From the NCBI GenBank assembly GCA_027061785.1, contig JAMOVA010000017.1:1-24000 (forward strand): a DNA stretch of 24,000 nt, in the 5' to 3' direction. Source of the DNA: Thermoproteota archaeon. GTDB taxonomy: Archaea; Korarchaeota; Korarchaeia; Korarchaeales; Korarchaeaceae. The position numbers and the translations under genes were made by a program. Shown piece after piece: positions 1-8,306 of the stretch (positions within the stretch are counted from its first letter, which is position 1; each line of letters opens with the position of its first letter). The notes below the pieces were generated by a model. That model worked only from the letters and a program-made list of their open reading frames with translations, ran no database searches and was not told the origin of the DNA.

Positions 1-152
1 TCCAAGAAGGGATGACCGTGACTGATGAGCCGGGGATCTACATTAGGGGATGGGGGGGCATAAGGATAGAGGACACCGTAGTGGTCGGGAGGAACAGAGG
101 TATCCCCCTCACCGAGAAGCTCTCTAAGGACCCGGACTACTTTAGGAGGTAG
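1..152 (+). CDS. M24-family metallopeptidase (Xaa-Pro amino-/dipeptidase type), C-terminal fragment entering from upstream of the window
   Basis: The frame is open from the window edge to TAG 150-152 and reads [49 protein letters not shown]. The EPGIY...GG(I/V)RIEDTV block is the conserved C-terminal metal-ligand region of M24 peptidases. The fragment is too short for the ORF track. Confidence 0.7.
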   Translation, partial: QEGMTVTDEPGIYIRGWGGIRIEDTVVVGRNRGIPLTEKLSKDPDYFRR

Positions 153-161
153 GGTAGCCCC

Positions 162-1325
162 TTGATCTGGAGCCCCACCGGGGAAGCCGTGCTCGCTGAG
201 GAAGGGGCCTCTAGGCTGAGGAAGGGGCAGCGAAATATCTACGTCAAGTGGCTCGTCTCCCTAAGGGGACCTGTGGAGAAGGGGGACTTGGTCGTAATAA
301 AGGATGAGAGAGGAGATACTCTAGGCTTGGGCTTTTTCGAGGGAATAGGGGCTATGGCAGTGAGGGTCCTCTCCACAGAGCTGGAGGACCCCTCTTCCCT
401 ACTTTATCGTAGGTTGGAGGAGGCGTTGAGGCTGAGGGAGAAACTCAAACTGGATAATTTCTTTCGATGGGTGCACAGCGAGGCTGATGCCCTTCCGGGG
501 CTGATAATTGACGTGTACGATGATGTTGTCGTCATCTCCTCCACTTCCATCGGGATAGATAGGCGGGTGGAGGAGATCTCGGCCATGGTAGAGGACCTAT
601 TCAGGCCCAGTTCCATAGTGCTGAAGAACGACAGTAGGCCGAGAAGGGAAGTCGGACTACCCTCGGAGAGGAGGGTCCTCTCGGGCGGGAAGACGAGAGC
701 CGTAGTGAGGGAGAGCGGAGCTCTCTTCCACGTGGACACGATCAAGGGCCAGAAGACAGGCTTCTTCATAGATCAGAGGCTGAACAGAATGGAAGTTGGC
801 TATCTGGCTGGTCCCGGTGACAGGGTCCTGGACCTCTACAGCTACACAGGCGGTTTCGCGATACACGCCGCTCTCTCCGGTGCCGAGGTAGTTGCTGTCG
901 ATGAGTCAGAGTACGCCGTCACGGAAATGAGGTCTAATGCGAAGCTCAACTCGATTGAGTTAGTGGCCGTTCAATCGAGGGTTAAGGAGTTTCTGGAGGG
1001 TGATTCCTCCGTCTACGATCTGGTTATCGTGGATCCTCCAGCCCTAGCTCCAAGCAGGGACATGGTCCCCAGAGCTAAGAAGACCTACACGGCAGTCAAT
1101 GCCGCTGCGATGGAGAGGGTGGTAAGTGGTGGCCTCATGTTCACAAGCAGCTGCAGCCAATTCATCACCAAGGAGGAATTCAGAAAGATCGTGGTCAGAG
1201 CAGCTACCCTCTCCAATCGGGAGATCACGATCCTAGGTGAGAGGGGGGCTTCGCCCGATCATCCGATAGATCCCATGCATCCCTGGACGGGATACCTCAA
1301 GGGCCTTCTCTTGAGGGTTGAGTAA
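162..1325 (+). CDS. PUA-domain class I SAM-dependent RNA (m5C-type) methyltransferase, RlmI / PH1915-like
   Basis: 387-aa ORF. The N-terminal PUA-like segment is LRKGQRNIYVKW...GDLVVIKDERGDTLGLGFFEGIGAMAVRVLS. It carries the RlmI hallmark KTGFFIDQR, the SAM motif VLDLYSYTGGFAIHAA and motif IV VIVDPPA. The start is TTG at 162, preceded by AGGAGGT at 144-150. An in-frame GVG alternative is GTG at 189. Confidence 0.85.
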   Translation: MIWSPTGEAVLAEEGASRLRKGQRNIYVKWLVSLRGPVEKGDLVVIKDERGDTLGLGFFEGIGAMAVRVLSTELEDPSSLLYRRLEEALRLREKLKLDNFFRWVHSEADALPGLIIDVYDDVVVISSTSIGIDRRVEEISAMVEDLFRPSSIVLKNDSRPRREVGLPSERRVLSGGKTRAVVRESGALFHVDTIKGQKTGFFIDQRLNRMEVGYLAGPGDRVLDLYSYTGGFAIHAALSGAEVVAVDESEYAVTEMRSNAKLNSIELVAVQSRVKEFLEGDSSVYDLVIVDPPALAPSRDMVPRAKKTYTAVNAAAMERVVSGGLMFTSSCSQFITKEEFRKIVVRAATLSNREITILGERGASPDHPIDPMHPWTGYLKGLLLRVE

Positions 1326-1550
1326 CTATAGTTCCAGTTTGGTCTGTTTTCCCCTTTTGGGTCTTTCTCTGTGCCTGTAAACCAGTTCCCCATTCCTAAC
1401 GTAAACGTATAAGGTGTCGCCCTTCTCCCAACCGAGCTCCTCGACCAAGGATTTAGGAGCAGTTACTTGGTAGCTCAGGTACTTCCTCCCGTTTCTTTCC
1501 CACCTCTTTACCCTCAGCTTTACATAGGGCATAACATAATTAGTTGGCAT
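1326..1550 (-). CDS. small basic AbrB/SpoVT-like DNA-binding protein
   Basis: 74-aa ORF. The core YQVTAPKSLVEELGWEKGDTLYVYVRNGELV fits the swapped-hairpin AbrB/MazE pattern (h-h-IPK-x-h-x-x-x-LG-h-x-x-GD-x-h). It has a K/R-rich C-terminal tail. It overlaps the upstream gene by 11 nt, suggesting an operon. Its stop codon directly abuts the stop of the convergent methyltransferase gene. Confidence 0.5.
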   Translation of the reverse strand: MPTNYVMPYVKLRVKRWERNGRKYLSYQVTAPKSLVEELGWEKGDTLYVYVRNGELVYRHRERPKRGKQTKLEL

Positions 1551-1911
1551 ACTTTATGGGCATTTCCTTTCCGGGCATGACGAAGGCCTTTCCCGCTAGG
1601 AGGTCCCTCAGGGCATCTTTGACATATTTTGACTTGGTCAGCGCCACCTTCACGTTGTTGTTCAGCAGGAGTTCACTGAGTTCCGGTTCGATGTCCTCGC
1701 TCAATACGATGTCCGCCTCCAGCCCCACGAGTATATCCAGCATGGTCTCCCCCTGAACCTGTCCCACCTCTAGGGAGAAGGCGTCCATGACGACACCGAA
1801 ATCACTCAGGTCGATGACCATCAGCCCTTTAGCCAGGCTGAAGCCCCTTGATATGCGGTTAAACTTCACGTTTCCGTCCGTCTCTTCAATAGGGACAACT
1901 AGCCGGGTCAT
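1540..1911 (-). CDS. NifB/NifX-family (dinitrogenase Fe-Mo cofactor biosynthesis-like domain) small protein
   Basis: Layout typical of the family: MTRLVVPIEETDG...ISRGFSLAKGLMVIDL ... EADIVLSEDIEPELSELLLNNNVKVAL...VKDALRDLLAGK. The ORF track starts at GTG 1935, but that lies only about 8 nt from the TATA-like box at 1941-1949. ATG at 1911 sits about 30 nt downstream of the box and gives the family-typical N-terminus, so I prefer it. Confidence 0.55.
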   Translation of the reverse strand: MTRLVVPIEETDGNVKFNRISRGFSLAKGLMVIDLSDFGVVMDAFSLEVGQVQGETMLDILVGLEADIVLSEDIEPELSELLLNNNVKVALTKSKYVKDALRDLLAGKAFVMPGKEMPIKYAN

Positions 1912-1940
1912 TTCGATCCTGTATCTTTCCTTCACCCAAT

Positions 1941-1949
1941 GATATAAAG
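1941..1949. promoter_or_regulatory. TATA-like box (GATATAAAG) in the 65-95 bp divergent region between the NifX-like gene and reverse gyrase
   Basis: This is the only A/T-rich box in the gap. It lies about 30 nt from ATG 1911 on the minus strand and about 55 nt from ATG 2006 on the plus strand. Orientation cannot be assigned from sequence. Confidence 0.35.
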
Positions 1950-1999
1950 CCTCCAGACTGCATGTTGGATCGAGATATTGTCCAGGTAATGCGCGGTGA

Positions 2000-4900
2000 G
2001 TGGAAATGATACCAGCAGTTTTCAGGGATCTGTGTCCTTATGGTGACTTAGAAACCCATCACAGATCCCCTTGTATCGAAGATGAGATCTCTAAGGTTGG
2101 TTCTGAGTATAATAAGTATGTGGAGTTCTTCAAATCTTGTTTGGGCTCTCCTCCCTGGGAAATTCAGAGGATGTGGGCCCGGAGAGCCCTTGCTGGCCGC
2201 AGCTTCGCTGCAATAGCACCCACTGGGGTTGGAAAGACGGCTTTTGGTCTAATCACCAGCTACTACTTCGCCGTAAGGAGAAGAGGTCGTTCGTACCTCA
2301 TATTTCCTACATCGCTCCTCGTTGATCAGGCCGTGGAGACCCTGACTAAGTATAAGAGATCTGCTGGAAAGCCCCTCAGGGTTCTGGCCTACAGGAGCGG
2401 GATGGGGAGCAAGCAGAAGAGGGAGTTCCTGGAGAAGCTTGAGAGTGGCGATTTCGATATCTTGGTCACGACCTCTCAGTACTTGGCGAAAAATCATGGG
2501 AAGATAAGGGATTCAGTGGGTCGGTTCTCCTTCCTCTTTGTGGATGACGTGGATTCCTTCCTCAAAAACTCGAAGAACGTCGATAGGGTGCTCACCCTCA
2601 TGGGCTTCACAGAGGCAGAGGTGAAAGCAGCCCTGGCTGGTAAGGAGGTGACTAAAAGTACGGACAGCGTCCTCATCGTCTCGACTGCAACCGGTAAGCC
2701 GGGTCCCCGGGCGATTCTGTTCAGAAGGTTGCTGGGCTTCGACGTCGGGGTGCTGAGGCAGGAGTTGCTGAGGAACATAGCTGACCTCTACGTCAGGAAG
2801 AAAGATCGGTTGAGGGAGTTCTTGGAGTTCATGGGAGATGGGTTCCTCCTTTTTGTCCCGAGGATGGAACTGGCTGACGAGGCGAAGGCATTAGCGGAGG
2901 ATGCTGGTTACAGGGTGGAGGTGTTGCACGGATATGATGAGAAACTGGTCGAGGCATTCAAATCCGGTGAGTTGGATGGTCTGATTGGGGCCGCTAAGCC
3001 CTATGGCGTCCTGGTTAGGGGAGTAGACCTTCCCCAGAGGATCAGATACGTAGTCTTCTACGGGGTCCCCCGCTTCGAGATGACGCTGAGAGATGTGGAT
3101 GAGATGAGCGACCGGGCCGTTGTGGCGATGCTATCAGCGCTGGCCAAGGGTCTGGACCCTCAGACTAAGAGGTTCGCCATGAGGTTGAGGAGGCGACCCA
3201 CAGAGAAGGATATATCGAGAGCTAGGGAGTTGCTGAAGGAGCTGCTCTCCAACGAAAGCAAACTGAGGGAGCTGGCTGGTACTGGGGACATAACGGTCAT
3301 TCCCGAGGAGGGGAAGGTGATAATCCCCGACATCAGGACTTACATACAGGGATCCGGTCGCTCCTCCAGGCTCTATCCCGGGGGAATGACTAGGGGGGCC
3401 AGCTTGGTCTGGGATGTAGATCCACTGCTCTCTTCCTTCATAAAGAGAGCCAGCGCATACGATATAGAGCTTTCCCCACTGGAGGAAGTGGATCTGGAGG
3501 CCCTGAGGAGGGAAATTGACGAGAGTAGGGAGAGGTACTCCTCACTCAAGACAGGTTTCGAGATGGCAGGCCTACTTAAAACCGCACTTTTCATAGTGGA
3601 GAGCCCCAATAAGGCTCGGACTATAGCTAGGTTCTTCGGAAGACCGGGGAGGAGGATCATAAATAATATAGTCGCATACGAGGTGACCACCGGCGACTAC
3701 GTGCTGACGATAATGGCCAGCGGAGGACACGTGGTGGATCTCTCGACGCAGGGAGGATATCACGGGGTCCTCATAGAGGAGGGCGAGCGCAGGACCTACA
3801 TACCCATTTACGCTTCCATCAAGAGGTGTCTGGACTGTGGTTACCAGTTCACTGACGGTGATAAGTGCCCGAGATGTGGATCCACCAACCTGAGGGACAG
3901 CAGGGACAATATAGTCTCCATGAGGAGGCTCGGATTCGAGGCGTCTCGGGTCATAATAGGAACTGATCCTGACACGGAGGGAGAGAAGATTGCTTGGGAC
4001 ATTTACCAACTGATCAAAGACGCGGCTGAGGAGATATACAGGGCCGAATTCCACGAGGTCACTAGGAGGGCGATCTTGGAGGCTCTGAAGGAGCTCTCAG
4101 AGACCAACGAGTCGAGGGTGAAGGCTCAGGTGGTGAGGAGGATAGAGGACAGGTGGATAGGATTCGAGCTCAGTTATGAAGTGCAGAGGAAGTTCAACAG
4201 GAGGAACCTGTCTGCCGGGAGGGCTCAGACCCCCACACTAGGTTGGATAATCGAGAGGTACGAGGAACACAAGAAGAAGAAGGATATCACGGTGATTAGT
4301 GGAGAGGACATCTTCCTCAAGGTTGAGGGTAAGATAGGATCTCCCGGAATCGTCGAGGCTCGCATCTCATCTATAGAACTGGAGGAGAGTTCGGTGAAGC
4401 CACCGCCTCCATTCACCACCGACGAGATGATAAGGGAGGCCAGCAGGGTGCTGAAGCTGGGCGCCAAGAGGGTGATGGAGATAGCTCAGTCTCTCTTCGA
4501 AGCAGGTCTGATCACGTACCACAGGACGGATAGTGTGAGGGTGAGCGACGCCGGTCTGAGGGTAGCGGCGGAGGTCCTAGGCGATGATTTCGTTCCGAGG
4601 AGATGGGGTGAGGGAGGGGCTCACGAGTGCATAAGGCCCACCAAGCCCCTATCAGCCAAGGAGTTGCTTGATTACATAAGAGAGGGGCTCATAGTTGCTC
4701 CAGAGGGGTTCTCGAAGGACCATATTAGATTGTACGATCTGATATTCAGGAGGTTCATAGCCTCCCAAGCGAGGGAGAGCATCATAGTGAAGCAGAAGTA
4801 CAAGTTGCTCTTAAACGGTGATGAGGTGGCCGACGAGAGGGTTATAGATATCAGAGGTGGCTGGGCACTGATATATCCGTTCCTCTATCAGAGAAAAGAG

Positions 4901-5314
4901 CCTCTTTCGGTGGGAACAGTCAGAGTGGAGGTGAAACATCTCCAAGTACCCTCCGTACCCCTCTACACCCAAGGAGACGTCGTCGCCCTGATGAAGGAGA
5001 GAGGCATTGGAAGGCCCTCTACTTATGCTACTATCATAGATAAACTTCTGCAAAGAAGATATGTCCTTGAGAGGAATAATAAACTGATTCCGACGAAACT
5101 GGGTGTTCAGGTATACGACTTCCTGACATCGGAGTACCCGGATCTCATCAGTGAGGAGAGGACGAGGGTGCTGGAGGAGAAGATGACCGCGGTTGAGGAG
5201 GGAAGAGCCGATTATCAGGAGTTGATTGATGAGCTCTACCACGAGATACAGGAGAAGGTGGTCAGAAAGAGAGTAAGTGAGAGTGAGGAGGGACTCACTC
5301 CTCCAGTGAAATGA
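2000..5314 (+). CDS. rgy: reverse gyrase (helicase-like domain fused to type IA topoisomerase)
   Basis: 1104-aa ORF. Helicase motifs: APTGVGKT (I), FVDDVD (II), STATG (III), YIQGSGRSSR (VI). Topoisomerase module: Toprim LFIVESPNKARTIARFFG and DPDTEGEKIAWD, internal 4-Cys finger CLDCGYQFTDGDKCPRCG, catalytic Tyr context LITYHRTDS, and GIGRPSTYATII. An in-frame TGA at 1997-1999 prevents any N-terminal extension. The start is GTG 2000 or ATG 2006. Confidence 0.97.
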   Translation: MEMIPAVFRDLCPYGDLETHHRSPCIEDEISKVGSEYNKYVEFFKSCLGSPPWEIQRMWARRALAGRSFAAIAPTGVGKTAFGLITSYYFAVRRRGRSYLIFPTSLLVDQAVETLTKYKRSAGKPLRVLAYRSGMGSKQKREFLEKLESGDFDILVTTSQYLAKNHGKIRDSVGRFSFLFVDDVDSFLKNSKNVDRVLTLMGFTEAEVKAALAGKEVTKSTDSVLIVSTATGKPGPRAILFRRLLGFDVGVLRQELLRNIADLYVRKKDRLREFLEFMGDGFLLFVPRMELADEAKALAEDAGYRVEVLHGYDEKLVEAFKSGELDGLIGAAKPYGVLVRGVDLPQRIRYVVFYGVPRFEMTLRDVDEMSDRAVVAMLSALAKGLDPQTKRFAMRLRRRPTEKDISRARELLKELLSNESKLRELAGTGDITVIPEEGKVIIPDIRTYIQGSGRSSRLYPGGMTRGASLVWDVDPLLSSFIKRASAYDIELSPLEEVDLEALRREIDESRERYSSLKTGFEMAGLLKTALFIVESPNKARTIARFFGRPGRRIINNIVAYEVTTGDYVLTIMASGGHVVDLSTQGGYHGVLIEEGERRTYIPIYASIKRCLDCGYQFTDGDKCPRCGSTNLRDSRDNIVSMRRLGFEASRVIIGTDPDTEGEKIAWDIYQLIKDAAEEIYRAEFHEVTRRAILEALKELSETNESRVKAQVVRRIEDRWIGFELSYEVQRKFNRRNLSAGRAQTPTLGWIIERYEEHKKKKDITVISGEDIFLKVEGKIGSPGIVEARISSIELEESSVKPPPPFTTDEMIREASRVLKLGAKRVMEIAQSLFEAGLITYHRTDSVRVSDAGLRVAAEVLGDDFVPRRWGEGGAHECIRPTKPLSAKELLDYIREGLIVAPEGFSKDHIRLYDLIFRRFIASQARESIIVKQKYKLLLNGDEVADERVIDIRGGWALIYPFLYQRKEPLSVGTVRVEVKHLQVPSVPLYTQGDVVALMKERGIGRPSTYATIIDKLLQRRYVLERNNKLIPTKLGVQVYDFLTSEYPDLISEERTRVLEEKMTAVEEGRADYQELIDELYHEIQEKVVRKRVSESEEGLTPPVK

Positions 5315-8180
5315 GCTCGTCTCCCCTCAGTTCCAATTTTCTATCGGGGTGCAGCTTTCTGAATCTCTCCAGTGCGTGTATTCTGAAGCCAGCGGGAACC
5401 ATGGTAAGCATGTTGGCGGGAGCCTTCCCCCAGACCCTGAGCATTATGTCGATCCTGTTCTCCACGGCACTCCAGTTCTCGAGGAACACCTTCTCTGCCT
5501 CGGAGACCTCCGCCTCCAGTACATCGAGTGATTCCTTCACCGAGTTAACGATCCTCTCAGCTTCACTCACATCCCCCTCCTTCAGTTTCAGCTCTGCAGA
5601 GACCAGCATCGTTTCTGCATCCACTAGCCTGTAGGGTGAGAGCTCAAATCCAACTATCTCCTCCAGCTTAGATATGGACCTCTTTACGTTATCCAGTCTT
5701 CTCTTCACAAACTCCAGTTCTCTCTCTAGGGATTCCCTCGTTTCCTCAGGAAATTCCCTTTCTCCCTCAATTTCCGGCTTTACGGTCGGAATCTCCTCTT
5801 CCATCTCCGGGGGAGTTACCCTCTCTTCCTCCTCCACCTCGATCTTAGTGGGTACCTCCTCCATCTCCACCTTGTGGACCTTTGGTACCTCGATCCCTAT
5901 CTCCTCCTGTTCGATCTCTGGTGGAGCGATGGGCTGTGGTTTAGCCTCTGATATCTCCTCCACTACTGTTTCCTCGATTGTCGGAGCGGTCGTGGTTCTT
6001 ATCTCCTCTCTTCCTATCTCCTTAGGCTTTCTAGATCCCAGTAGAAGTGCGATGGCAATCAGGATGAGCACCGCACCTATTATCCCACCCACCAAGTACT
6101 CTAGAGGTATGGGAAGGGCGAGCTGCTGAGTCGTGGCGGTCGTTGGCTTGGATGGAGGTGTCGTCACTGTTATTGGAGAGATCTCCTCGTCGATGGTTTT
6201 ATCTCCAGCTAAGACCTGAACTTTCAGCTGGAGATTACCTGCCTTCCTAGGAGTGACTTTCACATGTACCTCAGCACTCCCTCCAGCCCTCAGGGGACCG
6301 ACCTTCCTCTCTACGAGGGAACCGTCAAGGGAGGTTACTAGGATGAATTGGGTGTTGTCTCTGAACCTATTGACGAGTTTCACCGTCACCATGATGGAGC
6401 TGTTTGCTCTTGCCTTATTCGGAGCTCTTACTTCATCTATTATTCTACCCTGCTCTATTTTCACGGGTACTTCCCTTTTGTAGAGCACCTCATCACCGTG
6501 TTTTATGTAAAGAATCGCACCCTCCCCCGGATTGAGGGCCCGACCCTCGATGAGGACAGAGAATTTAGATCCGGGGCTTACCTTCTCCTTGACCTCCTCG
6601 CTCTGAACTGTGGGTCCCTCTATGACGAAGGTCAGTTCCGCCGCATTCCAAGAGTTGACCCCTGAGACTTCTACTTTGAAGCTATCTCCCACTACCAGTT
6701 TAGATGGTGCTTGGATCTCTAACTTGGGCTGTACAGCCGGTTTTGTGGTGGTCGTAGTTGTGGTTGTGGTGGTCCCTCCAGTAAGAGAAGTCCATTCATC
6801 CCTAGTTAGACCAATGGGAACATTGGGAGGAAGCTTCTCGTCCCCTATGACCAGTCCCAAGGCCCCCTTGCCCTTCATCATGGTTGAGAACCTCGCGCCG
6901 CAGTGACCTGGGGATAGGAGTCCTATCGTCTTCTCACCAACTACCTCGCCGCTTTGGGATATCACATACAGCACGATCTTACTCCTCTCTCCACTCAACG
7001 CTGTACTGCAGACGAATCCCTCAACCAGATAGCCTCCATCTTTGGGCTCGATCTTCTGGACCTTTATCCAATGATCGGGAAGTTGGATCAGGTGAAGCCT
7101 ACCGTCCCCATCTATGTAAGACAGGGAGGTCGTGTGATTGCTGCTTGCGGAGACCGTGATCCCGCTGAACGGTGGATTAGACACTTTAAACTCAGAAAGC
7201 AAGAATCTACGGGTGTAGTGGTAGACCCTGATCTCTCCAGATTTCGAGAAGTAAATGAGTGCTTTTCCTACCGCAACCGGCTGAGACGCTGGGGTCTTCC
7301 ATGTCTTTATTGGTCTAGATACACTGAGATCTGAGAGATTAACGAAAAGGATGGCCTCATTCGAGCTGGTAAGCGCGCCAATGCCGTCCAGTACTGGGAA
7401 CGTTCCATAGGGAAACTCGTATCCTAGGATCTCGGTCATATCCCTCCTAGCGACCAGTTCCCCGGTGGAGGTCCTTATGGATACCATTGTGCCGTTCTGA
7501 AGTACGACTCCGATGAAGGATGAATCCTCACCGACAACGAGTATCTTCTCTCCCAGTTCTAAACTCCAGACCTGTTTGCGAGAATTCAGGTCTACGTACG
7601 AGATCTGGGTGTCCCCGTAAATTACGGCATCACCGTTCAAGTAGCGAACATGTCTTATCTTGAATCCCAAATCAACGGACCAGCTGATCGACTTAGACCT
7701 CAGGTCCACGGCCTGGAGGGCACTAGTGAGGGGAACCACCACTGTTTTACCGTCATTCAGGTACATCATGGGAGACCCGGAAGGGGCGGAGGGTAACCTC
7801 AGCCTTTCTATCCTCAATTCGCCTGCGATCGAGTTGTAGGCCCTCAGCTCGAAGGAGTCTGTTGCAACTATGATCCATGACTCCTTCTTCGCGTAGCCAT
7901 AGTACGCATCGGGAATTACTAGGGGTGGAGTAGATGACTTAGCCCCTATTCTGACGCTCCACAGTTTTTCCCCGTTCAGATTCATGGCGATTAGGGTGTC
8001 TCCCTGACCTCCTATCGTGTATAACCTGTCTCCATAGATCGTGGGTTGAGGAACCCTGTACAATGGCTTAGAATCATATACTTTGATATCTAGGGATTCC
8101 TTTGGCGTCAGATCGTAAGAAGAAGCGGTCACGAGGCTCATCGATAGGACTACCAGGAGGGCCGCTAGTTTCCATCTCAT
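5295..8180 (-). CDS. large type-I membrane surface protein: signal peptide, PQQ/BamB-like beta-propeller repeats, poly-Thr linker, CARDB/Ig-like domains, one TM helix, acidic coiled-coil cytoplasmic tail
   Basis: 961-aa ORF. Signal peptide: MRWKLAALLVVLSMSLVTASS. Repeated propeller-type strands: LIAMNLNGEKLWSV, LQAVDLRSKSISWSV, ISYVDLNSRKQVWSL, MVSIRTSTGELV. A T10 tract follows. The CARDB-like segment is IMVTVKLVNRFRDNTQFILVTSLDG...LRAGGSAEVHVKVTPRKAGNLQLKV. The TM helix is LVGGIIGAVLILIAIALLLG. It is followed by about 250 aa of E-rich and heptad-like sequence. Confidence 0.85.
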   Translation of the reverse strand: MRWKLAALLVVLSMSLVTASSYDLTPKESLDIKVYDSKPLYRVPQPTIYGDRLYTIGGQGDTLIAMNLNGEKLWSVRIGAKSSTPPLVIPDAYYGYAKKESWIIVATDSFELRAYNSIAGELRIERLRLPSAPSGSPMMYLNDGKTVVVPLTSALQAVDLRSKSISWSVDLGFKIRHVRYLNGDAVIYGDTQISYVDLNSRKQVWSLELGEKILVVGEDSSFIGVVLQNGTMVSIRTSTGELVARRDMTEILGYEFPYGTFPVLDGIGALTSSNEAILFVNLSDLSVSRPIKTWKTPASQPVAVGKALIYFSKSGEIRVYHYTRRFLLSEFKVSNPPFSGITVSASSNHTTSLSYIDGDGRLHLIQLPDHWIKVQKIEPKDGGYLVEGFVCSTALSGERSKIVLYVISQSGEVVGEKTIGLLSPGHCGARFSTMMKGKGALGLVIGDEKLPPNVPIGLTRDEWTSLTGGTTTTTTTTTTKPAVQPKLEIQAPSKLVVGDSFKVEVSGVNSWNAAELTFVIEGPTVQSEEVKEKVSPGSKFSVLIEGRALNPGEGAILYIKHGDEVLYKREVPVKIEQGRIIDEVRAPNKARANSSIMVTVKLVNRFRDNTQFILVTSLDGSLVERKVGPLRAGGSAEVHVKVTPRKAGNLQLKVQVLAGDKTIDEEISPITVTTPPSKPTTATTQQLALPIPLEYLVGGIIGAVLILIAIALLLGSRKPKEIGREEIRTTTAPTIEETVVEEISEAKPQPIAPPEIEQEEIGIEVPKVHKVEMEEVPTKIEVEEEERVTPPEMEEEIPTVKPEIEGEREFPEETRESLERELEFVKRRLDNVKRSISKLEEIVGFELSPYRLVDAETMLVSAELKLKEGDVSEAERIVNSVKESLDVLEAEVSEAEKVFLENWSAVENRIDIMLRVWGKAPANMLTMVPAGFRIHALERFRKLHPDRKLELRGDELISLEE
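6744..6773 (-). repeat. imperfect ACN triplet run encoding Thr x10 (linker inside the surface protein)
   Basis: The plus strand reads tgt ggt ggt cgt agt tgt ggt tgt ggt ggt. On the coding strand these are ten consecutive ACN codons, flanked by GG and KPAVQP. Confidence 0.9.
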
Positions 8181-8216
8181 CCATTCATCCCTTCGCGCAT
8201 AGTCAAGCTTGCCCCC

Positions 8217-8224
8217 TTTTAAAT
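8217..8224 (-). promoter_or_regulatory. TATA-like box (ATTTAAAA on minus strand) for the surface-protein gene
   Basis: A/T-rich octamer about 37 nt upstream of ATG 8180. This spacing recurs at other first genes in the window. Confidence 0.35.
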
Positions 8225-8289
8225 GGAACTCTCGTCAATTAATAGTGCTGTATGAAGGGGATATCGAGCCCCTAATACCTCCGCTCGGG

Positions 8290-8294
8290 AAAAA
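8290..8294 (-). terminator. oligo-T tract downstream of gltX
   Basis: A T5 run on the minus strand lies 12 nt after the gltX stop codon (8307-8309). Archaeal termination typically occurs at oligo-T. A small GGGG-n8-CCCC hairpin follows. Confidence 0.3.
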
Positions 8295-8306
8295 TGGTAG
8301 GGATGA

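Noticed and set aside
2137-5242. Several 60-160-aa ORFs on both strands inside reverse gyrase (for example 3572..4054 minus and 4811..5242 minus)
   Set aside because: All are nested in a 1104-aa gene whose conserved motifs run continuously in one frame. None has a recognisable motif.
2000-5314. Checked reverse gyrase for an intein or for a split into two genes
   Set aside because: The helicase and topoisomerase motifs occur in the normal order and spacing in a single 1104-aa frame. There is no insertion with intein splice-junction motifs.
5311-6129. Ser-rich plus-strand ORFs (107, 60 and 151 aa) opposite the 3' part of the surface-protein gene
   Set aside because: They are the reverse-complement reading of GAG/GAA-rich (Glu) codons. 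This automatically yields Ser/Leu/Phe-rich stop-free frames, with no independent coding evidence.
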